NCBI GenBank assembly: GCA_964016885.1
Contig: OZ024741.1
Span: 181,846,001 to 181,910,000, forward strand
DNA length: 64,000 bases
Direction of reading: 5' to 3'
Source of the DNA: Eledone cirrhosa
Lineage: Eukaryota
Shown: positions 28,939-44,029 of the stretch, one piece after another
Numbering within the stretch: position 1 is the first letter of the stretch
Layout: every line of letters starts with the position of its first letter
The notes under the pieces: generated by a model
Told to the model about the DNA's origin: nothing
The model's input: the letters and a program-made list of their open reading frames with translations, nothing else
Databases searched by the model: none
Made by a program: the position numbers and the translations under genes

Positions 28939-30146
28939 TAAAGTCTAGAGCATTATATATGACTACAATAATCTTTTTATTATGTTTTATTATTCTATTA
29001 ATGCTTTAAATTTTCAGTTGGTATTCTGCTATTTTTTGGTAATTTGGTATTTTGTGGTATTTTGGTATTTTTTGGTATTTTGGTATATTTTTAATGTTTT
29101 ATTTTATTTTTATTATTTCTTTTGTTTTTGCATGATTTAGTTAATGCTGAAAATGCAGCACCCATACAGCATTCCATACTGCCGGTAGGAGTGGAAGATG
29201 TTATCTCAGACAAGAGACTTAAAGATGAAACTGTTTTTTTAGCAGAATGATATTATGGGTGTTAAGTCTATTGTACTAGCCATGTAGATCAGTCATGTCA
29301 AGCCAGTACTCGATGCAAATGTAGTATCTCTCAATATGGCTACAAAGTAAAGCAAGCGAGGCAATGGAGCAGCACGTTTTTGCCTCTTAAAACCAGGCTA
29401 ACGTAGTCTACATATGTTTCCAACATCTTCGCTAAACAACCAGAAGAATTCTTAAAGGAATGAAGAGCAATGTCAAACTGTTATAAACATTTCTTTGCTA
29501 TCACAGGAGAGTATGTTACATCATGAATAAGAAAAATAAACGAAGCGACGAAGAAGACTCTATGTGGTCGTTCTATCAGCTAAAGATAGAAGTGGAATTG
29601 CCTCAATGACCTGCAAAGCTATATAAAAACTGGACAATTCATTAGTAGATGTATAAATGAACGGGTTGGTCATGACTGGAAAACATTTAATCAAAGGTTT
29701 GCTCAATCCCAGCTGATCTGTCACAAAGCAAGAAGAGTAGCAGTCGAGTCCAAGAAAACATGTACCTGGCCATTCGACCTGCTAGAAATAGTCACCAAGT
29801 CGCCTCTAAATCACACATATAAAAAAGACTAGACTATGTCCAAAAAGGAAACATGACATAACCAAGAGTGTAAATAATTTAAAGTAAGTAGAACTGCATA
29901 ACATACCATAAAATACATATGACTACAATAAAAGAGGCAGTAAAAAGAGCCAGCAATATTCTTGATGATGTGACTGTGAAAGTCCAGAAACGTTGTATGA
30001 ATTTTAGACTCTTGCTTCAAACGAATTATAGAAGCCTTACTAGAATATACGAAAATGTTCTAATAAAGATATTGAAACTTGAATATAGTTGTGTCGTTAA
30101 AAACACATGTATAAAAGGAAGGCTTTCCCCATACATACATATATAC

Positions 30147-30759
30147 ATGGTGGTGGCTGCCAACTCGTTTTCGAGTACGGCCACTACTTTATATCCATGT
30201 AGAGAACCCCTACCGATGCGCTGAACGAGTGTGACTTTTTAGTCCAGCCAGCGACTTGAAAACTCTGGTACAAACACTACACCTGTGATAATTATTGACA
30301 CATAATGCTGGGCCCATGGTACCATGTAACGACAAGTGTAGAAAGATCTCCAGATATAAAGCAATGCCTGTGCCGTGAAGCTTTTATAGTGAGCAAAGGC
30401 ACTGCACAAAGCCAGTCCCACTCTCTTAACCAAGATGATATTTACCAAAAAGAAGAACAAGTCAACATCATTGGATACCATCAGGGTTGCAGGTTTTATA
30501 TCAGAGTTTTCCTTCACCTAGAATTCTGCCTTGACAAAGGCTAAGTGGTCATCTCTCCCGGTGATTTTGGATGGCCATTGACTCTTAACAGCTCCTCTGC
30601 CCTTTGACAGGTTTTGTTTTTAGTCCTGCAGGATGTCCAAAGTCACCCTCCTCACCAAGAAACCTTGGTGGGGTTGCTAGTTTAGTCGCCAACGACCCGA
30701 CCACGAGACAGGTTGTATTGGGATACATGTTATCAGTAGCACCAACTGGTGACCTGACA
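30147..30759 (-). mobile_element. RTE-derived non-autonomous element, copy 3
   Basis: Same sequence as copy 1. Confidence 0.85.
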
Positions 30760-31116
30760 TATATATACATATACATACATACATACATACGCACACATTC
30801 TCTCTCTCACACACACACAAACACACATACGTACGCACACACACATATATATATATATATATGTGAATCTAGACACATCTGCGTAATCTATCTGGGATGC
30901 ACTTACTCTTTATGCACAACATAATGTACGTGTTTATATCCCTTGTATCACGAGTGAGTTTGCGTGGCATTTAAATTGTGTGTGAGCATGTGTATATGTG
31001 TGTGCGTATGTGTATAAGTGTGTGTGTTTTTATGTATGTGCGTGTATTTCAGTACGGATTCAACATTGTGCGTGCATGTAGATTTACGTATAGTGTGTAC
31101 CCACTGTTATTATTAG

Positions 31117-31422
31117 TAAATCCCGCCGAGGTTAACTTTGCCTTTCATCCTTACGGGGTCGATAAAATAAAGTACCAGTAATGTACTGGGTATTATCTGG
31201 CCTTGTTCCTAAAGTAGAAACAGTTATTATTATGTGAATTGGCAGTATCGGTAGAGGGTTGGACGCCATGCTTTCTAACATAGTTACGTCCCTTTACGGT
31301 CTGAGTTCAAATCCCGTCGAGGTTAACTTTGCCTTTCAACCCTTATGGGGTCGATAAAATAAAGTATCAGTAATGTACTGGGTAATTGCTGGCCTTGTGC
31401 CAAAAGTAGAAACAATTATTAT
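31117..31422 (+). mobile_element. Tandem tRNA-derived SINE copies (one 5'-truncated)
   Basis: Two gaggttaactttgcctttca...ggccttgt.cc.aaagtagaaaca units. Confidence 0.8.
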
Positions 31423-31772
31423 TACAAACACTTTTGCAATAAACATTGTCTGTTTGCGTGCATATGTCTATAAAGGTATTTATTTCCACGCCATTCTATG
31501 AGTGTGTGTAATATTTGTGTGCGAGTATGCATGTGAATGTATGAAGGAAAGTATGCATGTGCATTTGTCCAAGTGTGCAAATGTCTCTACTAGTAGGTGT
31601 GTCGTTGAATGTGTATGGAATTGTGTTTGTATGCGTTTGTACACAGGCACGCACGCACGCACACACACACACACATATATATATGATATTTGCTCACATG
31701 CTCCTGCATACACACTCAAATATACACACATCTTTAAACACACATGCATATGCACACTCACACACACACATG

Positions 31773-31849
<77 letters not shown>

Positions 31850-31867
31850 ATATATATATATATAAAG

Positions 31868-31939
<72 letters not shown>

Positions 31940-32200
31940 TTATATTCACACACACACACACACATATAGATATATACACGCATATATATGATGTGTGTGG
32001 GTGTTTGTGCGCATGTGCGTATGTGCATACCAGTGTATGATTTTAGACAAGGAGAGCATTATCAAGTACAACATAACATATAAGAAATTGTGGTATTGGT
32101 CGGAAGCAGAGAAAATAGTGAAAGAGACGAGAGAGAAGGAGAGAGAGAGAGGGGGGAGCAGGACAGTTTAAAAGACAAACGAAAGAATGATGACAACGAC

Positions 32201-32500
32201 GAAGAAGAAGAAGAAGAAGAAGAAGAAGAAGAAGAAGAAGAAGAAGAAGAAGAAGAAGAAGAAGAAGAAGAAGAAGAAGAAGAAGGAGGAGGAGGAGGAG
32301 GAGAAGAAGAAGAAGAAAAAGAAAAAGAAGAAGAAGAAGGAGGAGGTGGAGGAGCCAGAAAGAGGAGTAGGAGAAGGAGGAGAAGGGGAGAAGGAGCAGA
32401 AGAAGGAGGAGATGGAGAATAAGGAAAAGAAGAGGGAGAAAGTGAAGAAGAAGAAGAAGGAGGGGGCGGAGGGGGGGAGGGGGGAGAGAAGGAGAAGAAT
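32201..32500. repeat. (GAA)n/(GGA)n purine-rich microsatellite
   Basis: Long GAA run followed by degenerate GGA/GAA. Confidence 0.95.
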
Positions 32501-32688
32501 AACAACAACTACAGCAACAGCTATACCAACAACCAACAAGTGCGAACAATTTGGAAGAGTCGTATATGTACAAGTTGTATACACACACACACACACACAC
32601 ACACATGTATATATATATATATATGCATACATATATTTCATCTCTCTCTCTCTCTCTCTCTATGTACATATATATGTACATGTTGCAT

Positions 32689-32763
<75 letters not shown>

Positions 32764-32804
32764 CTCATTTATACTCATTTATATACTCATTTATACACAT
32801 ATAT

Positions 32805-33008
<204 letters not shown>

Positions 33009-36000
33009 TTGGTTGTGTGTGAGTGTGTGTGTATATAATATATAATGTGAACGAAATATGTGTACAAGAAGAACGTACAACTTGTCTGAACTGATGACGT
33101 CAAGAAGCAAAATTTCTCTATGACGACTGTAACGCCTAGCAATGGAATTTATCCATTATCTATATTATGCTGCATTATACTTGACAGTGGAAGATATTAA
33201 AGAAAACCAGGCATATATATATATATATATATATATGTGCATGCATGTATGCATGCATGCATACGTGAATACATGCATACGTGAATGCATGCATACAAAT
33301 ATATATATATATATGTATGTATGCATGTATGTATACTAGCATACATACATGCATGCATACATACTACTTATATATAAATATACATACATATATATTTATG
33401 TGTGTATGGATGCATGCATATATGCATACATGCATACATATATTATCTATCTCTTATATCTATATGTATGTATGTCAGGTCACTGTTATGCACTACTGGT
33501 AACATGTAACTCAGTACAACCTGTCCCATGGTCGGGTCGTCTGCGACTAAACAGGCAACCCCACCGATCTTTCTTGGTAGGGAGGGGTGAGTTTGGTTAG
33601 CCTGCGGGAGGAAAAGCACAATCAGTCGAAAGGCGGAGGAACTCACAAGAGTCAACGCCATCCAGAATTTTACTAGTTCTATGTCAGCCGCGACTACTAT
33701 TATATAATTCCCTCACGGTAACGTCTTAGACCCTGAATGGATAGCAGACACCGTTTCTTTCAATTGAACTGCAGCGATTGGGAGAGCTGTGAAGTGTATA
33801 AGGTTAACAAACTGGCTGTGCGTAGGAACAAACACACATGTAGCCGATTTGGGATATTGATCGTTTTGTCTCCAAACACAGGAAATGGTATGATTCAGCA
33901 GTACCAAGTGACTATGGTGTCCTTTCCAGTGTTAGCACTGCTCACCTGCTGGCATGGAGAGACCTAGAAAAGGTGATCTAAAGCTTGCATATATCTACGC
34001 TCTAGCAACCAGTGGCTGGCTTCTGTCCACTTATGCGGGAGAGATGAAAATAAAATGACTAATGAAACAGGCATTGGTTAAAATACAACTTCAATTACAT
34101 CTTTGATAATTGCGTCCTGGAATGTGCGCATGTAATATGATTTACCAGGCTCAAATTATCCTGAATGTTGAACTGCTCTCATCTATAATGAGTTCCATCG
34201 GAATCAGCTGGATATTTTCGCTTTCTCTGATACACTGCTACCCGAAGATAGCCAGCTAGATGAATCAATCTCAGGATTCACCTTATTCTACAAAGATAGG
34301 TAAAAAAATGAGCGCCCTGAAACCGGAGTCGGTTTTGCTCTAAGAACCTACCTGGTAAAACATATGACAGAGTTTCCGCATGGTATCTCCAATCGGATTA
34401 TGACTCTTATGTTACCAATTATTTTAGGGCTTTGGTTAGTGTGTACGATCCTACCCTTGTAAGTCCAATACAAAAAGTAGATACATTTTACATGGATCTG
34501 CGAATGGACTTTAAAAATGTAAATAAGGATTACAAACCTGTAGTGTTGAGTGATTTAAATACTCATATTATAGTAGCAGAGGGTGTCATGGAATTGGAAA
34601 TCGCAATAGCAATGGATTTCTCCTGTGGCATATGTACCATCTTGTCATAGGAAACATGTGGTTCAGATAGAAGAATAAGTACAAGGGACCTGGATACACA
34701 CAGGTTGAAGTCATTGGCATATTATTGACTATGTGAATGTTGACTTACAGGATGTCAGATATATCCGTTGTATGAGAGAGACGGGGTGTTGGACGGACCG
34801 CAGTCTCGTAAGAGAAACTATCCGCTCTCGTGTTCGGAAGATGAAACACGGTGGTATCAAGGTGCAGAGATATATAAACGTCTGCCGAGAAAAATGAAAT
34901 ACTTTTCAAGACGCAGTATAGCAAATTGAAGTCACTAACAGTGATGATTCATGCTTCTCATTCAGCAGTTTATGAGGTCACGACTTTGGGTTGTACAGCG
35001 TAAAAACATCATGACTGGTTTACTGCAAAGGAACCACTAGTGGAAAATCTTCTAAGAGAAACGAAAATAAGTCTGAACAAGTTCCTGTCATGCTCGAAGG
35101 AAGGTGCAGAAAAATCACGGTCGGAGAAGGCGAACAAAGAATGTAAGGCACGAATGCAGCGCAAACTCCAACAGCAAAAGATTCATGGTGTCGCGATAAA
35201 ACGCATCACATACAAGCCTCATCAGAAAGACGAGATCTAGATTATTATATCACAAACTGCACACAGATTATGGGCCACCTACCACAGACTTTGCTCCCAC
35301 TGCGGTCAATGTTTCGAAAAGAAGTGTTGCGTATGACTGATGAAATGAAAGTAAGATGGTGCGAGCACTTTAACGATCTCCTAAGACACGCGTCTCTCAT
35401 TAATCTCAACGTAATTGAGGCTATGGAACAGGCTCCCGTTATTAACAAGCTTGATGATCCTCCTGCATTGGAAGAAGTTAAGTCTACAGGAAGACAAATA
35501 AACACTGGCAAAGCATTTGGGAAAGGTGGCATAGAGACTAAAATAGTGCAACAATGTGGTCCTAAAGTAAACGACCTGTTGCTTAACATATACCGCCAGG
35601 TGTGGTTGAAGGAGGCAGTTCCACAGGACTGGAAGGATGTCATTGTAGTATCCTTTTACAAGAAGGGATCCACAGATGTTTGTGACAACTACCATGGGAT
35701 CTCTTTACTATCAGTTGTTGGCAAAATATGTGCCAGGATTCTTCTTAATCTTCTTAATTAAATGCACGTTGCACCTAACAGCCTTCTGGAACATCAGTAT
35801 GGTTACCGTTCATATCGGTGCACTGCAGATATGATATTTACTACGCTGCAGGTGCAGTAGAAATGTAAGGAGCAAGAGCTTGATCTGTACAATTGCTTTA
35901 TTGATCTCACGATAGTCTTTGACACATTCAATAGGCAAGCTGAGTTGTCCTGAGAGATTTAAGGGGCTTATACGTTCATTGCATGGTAACATGAGACGCG

Positions 36001-36157
36001 TGGGCTTGCATCCATGGGTGGGGTGGGGGGGCTCCGAGCACCTTTCTCAATTGAGACAGGCGTTGAGCAGGGTGACCTATTCACCCCGACTTTGTTTGTC
36101 ATCTTTTTTACAGTCGTCTTGGAATCATTTACCTACGCCGATGTTGCTATATATATA

Positions 36158-36209
<52 letters not shown>

Positions 36210-36212
<3 letters not shown>

Positions 36213-38418
36213 TCATCATCATCATCATCATCATTTTACGTCCGCTTTTCCCTGCTTGCAAGGGTGGGACGGGTCTTATTCAGCACAGCATCTCTCCATT
36301 CGTCACGGTCCCTCGTCATCTCCACCGTGAGCTTCAATGATCTGAGGTCTGTTCTCACCACCTCTGCCCATGTTTTTCGTGGTCTACCTCTACCACGTCT
36401 TCCTTCAACTGGCATTTCCTGGCACTTCTTCACCCATCGGTCATCCTCCATGCGCATCACATGTCCATACCACCTCAGTCTCCTCTCCCGTACACTACAT
36501 TCTATCCCTCTCAGACAGTTTCTCTCTCAACACATTTATGCTGGGTCGTTCACGCACATTTACGCTGCACATCCAACGGAGCATGCTTGCCTCATTTCTC
36601 TCCAGCCGTCGCATATCCTCTGCAGTTGCGACCCATATCTCACTACCATGCAGCATCGCGCTCCTCACACAGGCATCATACAACCGGCCTTTCGTACGCA
36701 GGGAGAAACCCTTCTTCGTCAACAGAGGAAGCAGCTCCCTAAACTTCACCAACCCGTCCTTATTCTAGATACTATGGCCTCGGAACACCCTCCTCCCATG
36801 CTAATCTGATCTCCTAGGTACCGGAAGCTATCCACCACTTCTATAGCGCCCTCTTGCATTTGAAAAATGTGTCTATCAGTGCGACTTCTACTGTCTAATT
36901 TTCCTGTACATCTACTGCATACATATTTCTCCCTACCTGTTAGTTTGCCTGCTATCCCGCTACATCTCTTGTGTACCCAGGATCTGCATTGTGTGCATTT
37001 TATAGAATTTATGCCAGTTCCTTTTCTGCATATCGAACATGGCCATTTCCCTGACGGAATCAGGGTTTTGTCCTCTTTTCTACTCATCAACACTTTTGTC
37101 TTAGCTAGATTCACTCTCAGTCCTCTTGCTTCCAACTGCTGTTTCCATAGCCAGAATTTATTCTTTAGCTCCTCTACTGATTCTGCTATAAGAACCATAT
37201 CGTCAGCATAGAGAAGTTCCCATGGACAGCCAGTCTTAAACTCCTCTGTTATGGCTTGGAAGACTATAATGAACAAGAGCGGGCTGAGGACCGAACCCTG
37301 ATGTACTCCTACTTGTATCTGGAATTCCTCACTAAACTCCATTCCTACCCTGACTTTACTGAGAGTACCTCTGTACAAAGTTTGCACTGTCCTCACAAGC
37401 CATTCCTCAACACCTAGCTTCCTTAGGGACCACCAGATGACAGATCAGGGTACTCTATCAAAGGCTTTCTCTAGGTCAACAAAGGCTAAGTAGTGGCTTA
37501 TTCTTCTCTAAGAACCTCTCTTGCATTTGTCTCACCAAGAAGAGGGCATCTGTTGTACTCTTCCCAGGCACAAAACCAAACTGCATCTCATCTAGTTTGA
37601 CCCTTTCTCTAATTAGTTGTGCTAAAATCCTTTCTGCCACTTTCATAACCTGATCTATCAGTTTTATACCCCTATAATTGCTCCTCTCCAAAGCATCCCC
37701 TTTACCTTTGTAGCAATTTATGAGAATACTGCTGCACCAGTCTTTGGGTATGACACCACCATATATAGCCTGATTCATGATGCGTGCAACCAGTTTAGTG
37801 CCTACGTCCCCTGATGCCTTCAGCATCTCAGCAACTATTCCCGATGGTCCGGCCGCCTTACCATTTTTCATTTCCCTAATCGCCTCTTGGACCCTATCTT
37901 CGTCAATCTCAATAGCTGGTCCCTCTGTCGGATCTACCAAGGGTAATTTCTCTCTTTCCCATTCGTTCTCCACATTCATCAGTCTCTCATAATGACATTT
38001 CCAGGCCTCCTTTTTCTGATCATTCGTGACACTAAGTACACCGGCATCATCCCGGACACATTTATCTCCAACAACATCCTGATTTGCATTGACACACTGC
38101 CTTGCAATGTGGAACACCGCACGCCTCTGATCTTCCCGTCGCAGAACATTGGCAAACCTCCTACTCTCTGCCTCCCTGCGTGCTAAGTACACCTGACGTC
38201 TAGCTTCTCTCTTAGTGGCTGTATATTCTTCCCTACTCCCACCCTTTTTCCAAGCCTTCCATGCTAGTCTTTTGTCTCTAATAGCCTTATCTACTGTGCT
38301 GTTCCACCACCAGGTCACTCTCTGTCTGGTTGGAGCTCTGCTGCAGCCACAGGTTTCATCAGTAGCCTGCAGCAAGTTGTCACGTAAGAACTTCCAGTTA
38401 TTATCTATGTCATACGTC

Positions 38419-38421
<3 letters not shown>
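36210..38421 (-). mobile_element. 5'-truncated, relatively young RTE-clade LINE with PHD-like finger and (ATG)n tail
   Basis: KAAGPSG, NYRGIKL, QFGFVPGKSTTDA, GVHQGSVLSPLLF, LYADD, CSICRKG..CTQCRSWVHKRC..CSRC, GRGRPRKTW; (TCA)n at 36210; inserted in (TA)n. Confidence 0.9.
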
Positions 38422-38513
<92 letters not shown>

Positions 38514-38523
38514 AACAAGTATG

Positions 38524-38619
38524 ACCCCAACGGCAGAGATCAAGCCGTTTCGACGGCTATTTCTGGACTAAATAAGAACTTTTAGCCAAGTAAATAAATA
38601 GCCGAACTTCTCAGGGGGT
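38524..38619 (-). ncRNA. Type I hammerhead-like motif, non-canonical core
   Basis: ACCCC-CTGAGAA-G..CGGCTATTT...AAATAGCCG.C-GAAA-CGGC ttgatctct GCCG-TT-GGGGT. All three stems form; the core reads CUGAGAA rather than CUGANGA. Confidence 0.6.
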
Positions 38620-39388
38620 ATTTCCTTATATGGGAAGATAGTAATTGTCAAAAGGATTGGTCAAAAATTTGTTGTAAAGACAGATGAATCTATCATGGCA
38701 TTTGGTGGGCGGTAGGGGTGGCTGAACTTGCCGGTAGAACAAAGAGGGAGTGGGGGAAACCCAGTCAAGCGTTGAAAGTGAAATCTATACAGTAGATTCT
38801 AAGGATAGTGTATAGAAGGTCGAAAAAAGTGTACTGGAGAAGAAGAGGGCGGGGGAGGGGGGGGGGGGGGTGAACGAATAGGTAAATCGAAAGGGAGTAA
38901 AAAAAAACCATTATAAAAATAAGGAAATAAATATGTAAAAAACAATTTCTGGTTACTACTCCATTTCTACAATCACCAATTTCTCATTGGTATTGTTAAA
39001 CTATAGAAAAGTTTAATAGGTGGAGAGTAGGAAAAATACTAAATACGAGATTGTAGTGAATTAATTTTATAAAGCCGGTTTAGCAATACCAATGAGAAAT
39101 TTGGTGATTGTGGAAATGGAGTAGTAACCAGAAATTGTTTTTTACATATTTATTTCCCGCCTCCTCTTCTCCAGTACACTTTTTTCGACCTTTTATACAC
39201 TATCCTTAGAATCTACTGTATAGATTTCACATTCAATGCTTGACTGGGTTTCCCCCACTCCCTCTTTGTTCTACCGGCAAGTTCAGCCACCCCTACCGCC
39301 CACCAAATGCTATGATAGATTCATCTGTCTTTACAACAAATTTTTGACCAATCCTCTTGACAATTACTATCTTCCCATATAAGGAAAT

Positions 39389-39484
39389 ACCCCCTGAGAA
39401 GTTCGGCTATTTATTTACCAGGCTAAAAATTCTTATTTAGTCCAGAAATAGCCGTCGATACGGCTTGATCTCTGCCGTTGGGGT
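39389..39484 (+). ncRNA. Second-arm copy of the hammerhead-like motif (GAAA changed to GATA)
   Basis: Inverse copy of 38524-38619. Confidence 0.5.
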
Positions 39485-39575
39485 CATACTTGTTCCTATT
39501 ACCCACTCTACTACCCTAAGTATTGAGCACTTTGGTGCGTTATGGTCTATCTGGTTCCTTACCACAATTCCTTCG

Positions 39576-39609
<34 letters not shown>

Positions 39610-40927
39610 CACATATATTGCGCTTATACGTGATCTTCTTTTATGCAGACGACTAGGATCATGTTAGCCACACAGAAGACGTTCAACTTCTAATGGATTG
39701 CTTCTCGGCAACCAGTTATGAATTCGGGCCTACAAAGACAGTGTTGAACTGCCAGTATTCGGCCGGAAAGCCATATATTTCACCATCCATATCAGTCAAA
39801 GGGTAAACCTTGAATGTTGTGGATACGTTAGTCTACCTGGGTAGTACTCTCACCAGTAACGGCAGCCTTGATGAAGAGATAAGGTACCAGTTGTCAAAAG
39901 CTTCCGACGCTTTTGGTAAACTGGAGAAATGCCTGTGGTCACAGTCAGATATCAGTGTACTCAAGAAAGTTGAAATGTATCAAGCATGTGTGCTTCCAGC
40001 CTTGCAGTATGGAAGTGAGACAGGTAACATACTGTGGGCGTATCCCCTACCTAGAACATTTCCACCAATAATGCTTACGCTCTATCTTCAAGACTCATGA
40101 AGGTCTGATACACCAGGCACTGATGAGCTGCAGCGGGCCTGTGGGTCAAGCATCGAGACAATGATCATGAAACAGCCTCTTCGGTGGTCAGGTGATATAG
40201 TACGCCTAGAGGACAGCATACCACTAAACAAATATTGTATGGGGAACTGTTGCAAGGCAAACGCCTGCAGAGTAAACCACACAAATGCTATAAAGACTAC
40301 CTAAGAGATACCATGGGGGTCAACATCAACACCAAAACATGGGAATACCTTACAACAGACACAGAGCTCAGTGACGAAGTCTAATTGACATTCGAGATAA
40401 AGAATTTGAACAGAATATGAGGGCCTGTGCTGAAGTTATGTGTGGGATGTTAGTCCACTCCTCCCAAAATAAGGTTTGAAAGAAACACTTTCCTGTGAAG
40501 GATGCTGACGTGTATGTATGTCAAAGACTAGACTTCTAAGCCTTAACAGACGCCACACTCATAGAAATAATACTTTTCAGTACCCCATGCACCTTGAGTT
40601 TGCATGCTTCATCTGTACAAAAGTGTGTCACTCTGCAAGTGGGCTAATAATTGTTTCTACCTTTTGGCACAAGGCCAGCAATTACCCAGTGTATTACTGG
40701 TGGTACCACAAACTACACCATGCTAATGAAACTCAAGCAAGTCAGAAACTCACCTGCACACTGTGTATTGTGATATATAAGTAACGTATTGGCTTGATGA
40801 GTCATCGAAGGCAGAATCAATGACAGCAACACCAATAACAGGTTCTTGCCAATGCCTGTTAGTTATTCTTTTTTGTTCTAAGTGATCGAACTCGGAGACA
40901 AGTTGGCTTCCTCTATGTATGTATGTA

Positions 40928-41474
40928 TCTCTTTCTCTTAATTTTGAGTATATTTTTTTGACCGGCCACCTTTCTGGTGGCAAGGTTGTAAAAGAAAAGA
41001 AATTGTCATCCCTTGAATCGCAAGAATGTTTTGCAAATTTTGAAGGTGCCAGCTATCGCAGCCATATGTAGACTATGAATTAGGGAGCTGCGCTCTTTGT
41101 CCGCAAATCCAAGTTCAGTCATACTTTGGTCTAAGCGGGTTGGTATATAACCCGTATCTCCAATAATGATGGGTATGAAGCTAAAGGTGTATCTTGGATA
41201 CTGGATTTGTAAACTCCTCATCAATGGTCCGTAGATGTCCTCCTTCTCCTGTATTTTTCTGACAAGTTTTACATCAAGAGGACAGCTGATCCCCACAACA
41301 GAACACGTTTTCAATGTGTGGTCCCAAACAACAATATCAGGCCGGTTGTGCTTTAATTTTGGTGGCAGTTTTTATTTTCAGGTTCCACCAGTATTCCTTA
41401 GTGCCATCTGTCTCAATATATTCTTCCTCGTTTGTTGTTAATTTTGTTTTCCGAAGTGCGTTCCAGATGGTTCT
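40928..41474 (-). mobile_element. 3' fragment of a second RLE (R4-like) family
   Basis: EYWWN..RPDIVVWD..VGISCPLD..IPIIIG..KICKTFLRF; 3' end GAGAAAGAGA|TACATAC. Confidence 0.8.
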
Positions 41475-41555
41475 ATGTATGTATGTATGTATGTATGTAT
41501 GTATGTATGTATGTATGTATGTATGTATGTATGCATGTATGTATGTATGTATGTA

Positions 41556-41851
41556 TCTCTTTCTCTTAATTTCGAGTATATTTTTTTGACCGGCCACCTT
41601 CCTGGTGGCAAGGTTGTAAAAGAAAAGAAATTGTCATCCCTTGAATCGCAAGAATCTTTTGCAAATTTTGAAGGTGCCAGCTATCGCAGCCATTTGTAGA
41701 CTATGAATTAGGGAGCTGCGCTTTTTGTCCGCAAATCCAAATTCAGTCATACTTTGGTCCAAGCGGGTTGGTATATAACCCGTAGCTCCAATAATGATGG
41801 GTATGAAGCTAAAGGTGTATCTTGGATACTGGATTTGTAAACTCCTCATCA
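41556..41851 (-). mobile_element. Shorter 3' fragment of the second RLE family
   Basis: Near-duplicate of 40928-41223, flanked on both sides by (TATG)n. Confidence 0.8.
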
Positions 41852-41925
41852 GTATGTATGTATGTATGTATGTATGTATGTATGTATGTATGTATGTATG
41901 TATGTATGTATGTATGTATGAATGT

Positions 41926-42117
41926 GTCAGGTCACCAGTTGGTGCTATTGGTAACATGTAACCCAGTACAACCTGTCACATGGTCGGGTCGACGGCGACT
42001 AAACCGGCAACCCCACCAAGTTTACTTAGTGAGGAGGGTGACTTTGGACACGCTGCAGGACAAAAAACAAAACCTGACAAAGGGCGGAAGAACTCATAAG
42101 AGTCAACGGCCATCCCA
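41926..42117 (+). mobile_element. 5' portion of the RTE-derived element (variant)
   Basis: tgtcaggtcaccagttggtgc...aagagtcaacggccatcc. Confidence 0.75.
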
Positions 42118-42192
42118 AAGTGTGTAAATATGTATATACACATGTACATATGTATGTATATGTGTATATACATGGGTGCATGTGTATGTATA

Positions 42193-42520
42193 TGCGCGGG
42201 GACGTAGAAATATTCGGGCTGGACACTCGATCGCGCGGTTAAACCACTGGGAGTGAAGGACCACTAGCCTTTGTCAGAGCATTCTTTAGGAGAAGGCAAC
42301 TCAGGAAACTGGGATAACTCCGATATAAAACCTGCAGCTCAGTAGTTATCGATGATGTTGATATTTTCTTCTTTTCGGGTTATAGCTACTGTCGCTCAGA
42401 GAGTGGGATTGGCTCAGTGCACAATCTTTCCTCACTTGCACGATAGAATTAATTAATAATTATTAATAATGTTATATCGTGCAATGGCCATACTCGATAA
42501 CGAGAGGGGAAGCCATCATG
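42193..42520 (+). mobile_element. Related RTE-derived short element with a different 5' head
   Basis: Shares tagcctttgtca...aggagaagg..aact..gatataa.acctgca, gagagtggga.tggct and the 3' end tggcc.tactcga.aacgag...gcca.catg. Confidence 0.6.
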
Positions 42521-42528
42521 CATGTATG

Positions 42529-43264
<736 letters not shown>

Positions 43265-43326
43265 ATATATATATGCATGTATGTATGTATGTATGTATGT
43301 ATGTATGTATGTATGTATGTGTGTAT

Positions 43327-43733
43327 GAGATGACCCCTTAGCCTTTGTCAAGGCAGAATTCTAGGAGAGGGAAAACTCTGATATAACACCTGCAACCCTG
43401 ATGGCATCCAATGATGATGACTTGTTCTTCTTTTTGGTAAATATCATCTTGGTTAAGAGAGTGGGACTGGCTTTGTGCAGTGCCTTTGCTCACTATAAAA
43501 GCTTCACGGCACAGGCATTGCTTTATATCTGGAGATCTCTCTGCACTTGTCGTCACATGGTACCATGGGCCCAGCACTATGTGTCAATAATTGTCACAAC
43601 TGTAGTGTTTGTACCAGAGTTTTCAAGTCGCTAGCTAGACTAAAAAGTCACACTCGTTCAGCGCATCGGTAGGGGTTCTCCTACATGGATATAGAGTACT
43701 GGCCGTACTCGAAAACGAGTTGGCAGCCACCAT
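43327..43733 (+). mobile_element. 5'-truncated RTE-derived non-autonomous element
   Basis: Matches the 3' ~400 bp of copy 1; (TATG)n on both sides. Confidence 0.85.
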
Positions 43734-44029
43734 GTATGTATGTATGTATGTATGTATGTATGTATGTATGTATGTATGTATGTATGTGTGGGCCATGTAT
43801 GTGTGTATGTATGGGTGTATGTGTGTGTATGTATTTATGTATGTATGCATGTATGTATGCATGTATGTATGCATGTGTGTATGTATGATTTGCACCTTCT
43901 ATACTCACAATAAAATTATGTTTATATATCCATATTAAATATTTCCTCACCTCATTTCTTTACTTTGCCGGGTATTAATATATATTTTACCTGGGAATGG
44001 AGCTTAACAAGAATATTCTTCTAGTCACT

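Larger units (their letters stand above)
38509..39576. mobile_element. Palindromic non-coding element with a hammerhead-like motif in each arm
   Basis: 38509-39001 is the inverse of 39078-39499; the right arm continues ~77 nt further; both ends lie in (TA)n. Confidence 0.85.
33473..40660 (+). mobile_element. Degenerate near full-length RTE/BovB-like LINE, interrupted by nested insertions at 36150-39600
   Basis: APE start IASWNVR (~34108); VPQDWKD..KKGS..CDNYHGISLLSVVGKI; GVEQGDLFTPTLF; resumes ..FYADD, YLGSTL, LQYGSET; terminal CxxC..CFICTKVCHSASGL. Its 5' end is shared with the 610-bp element. Confidence 0.8.
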
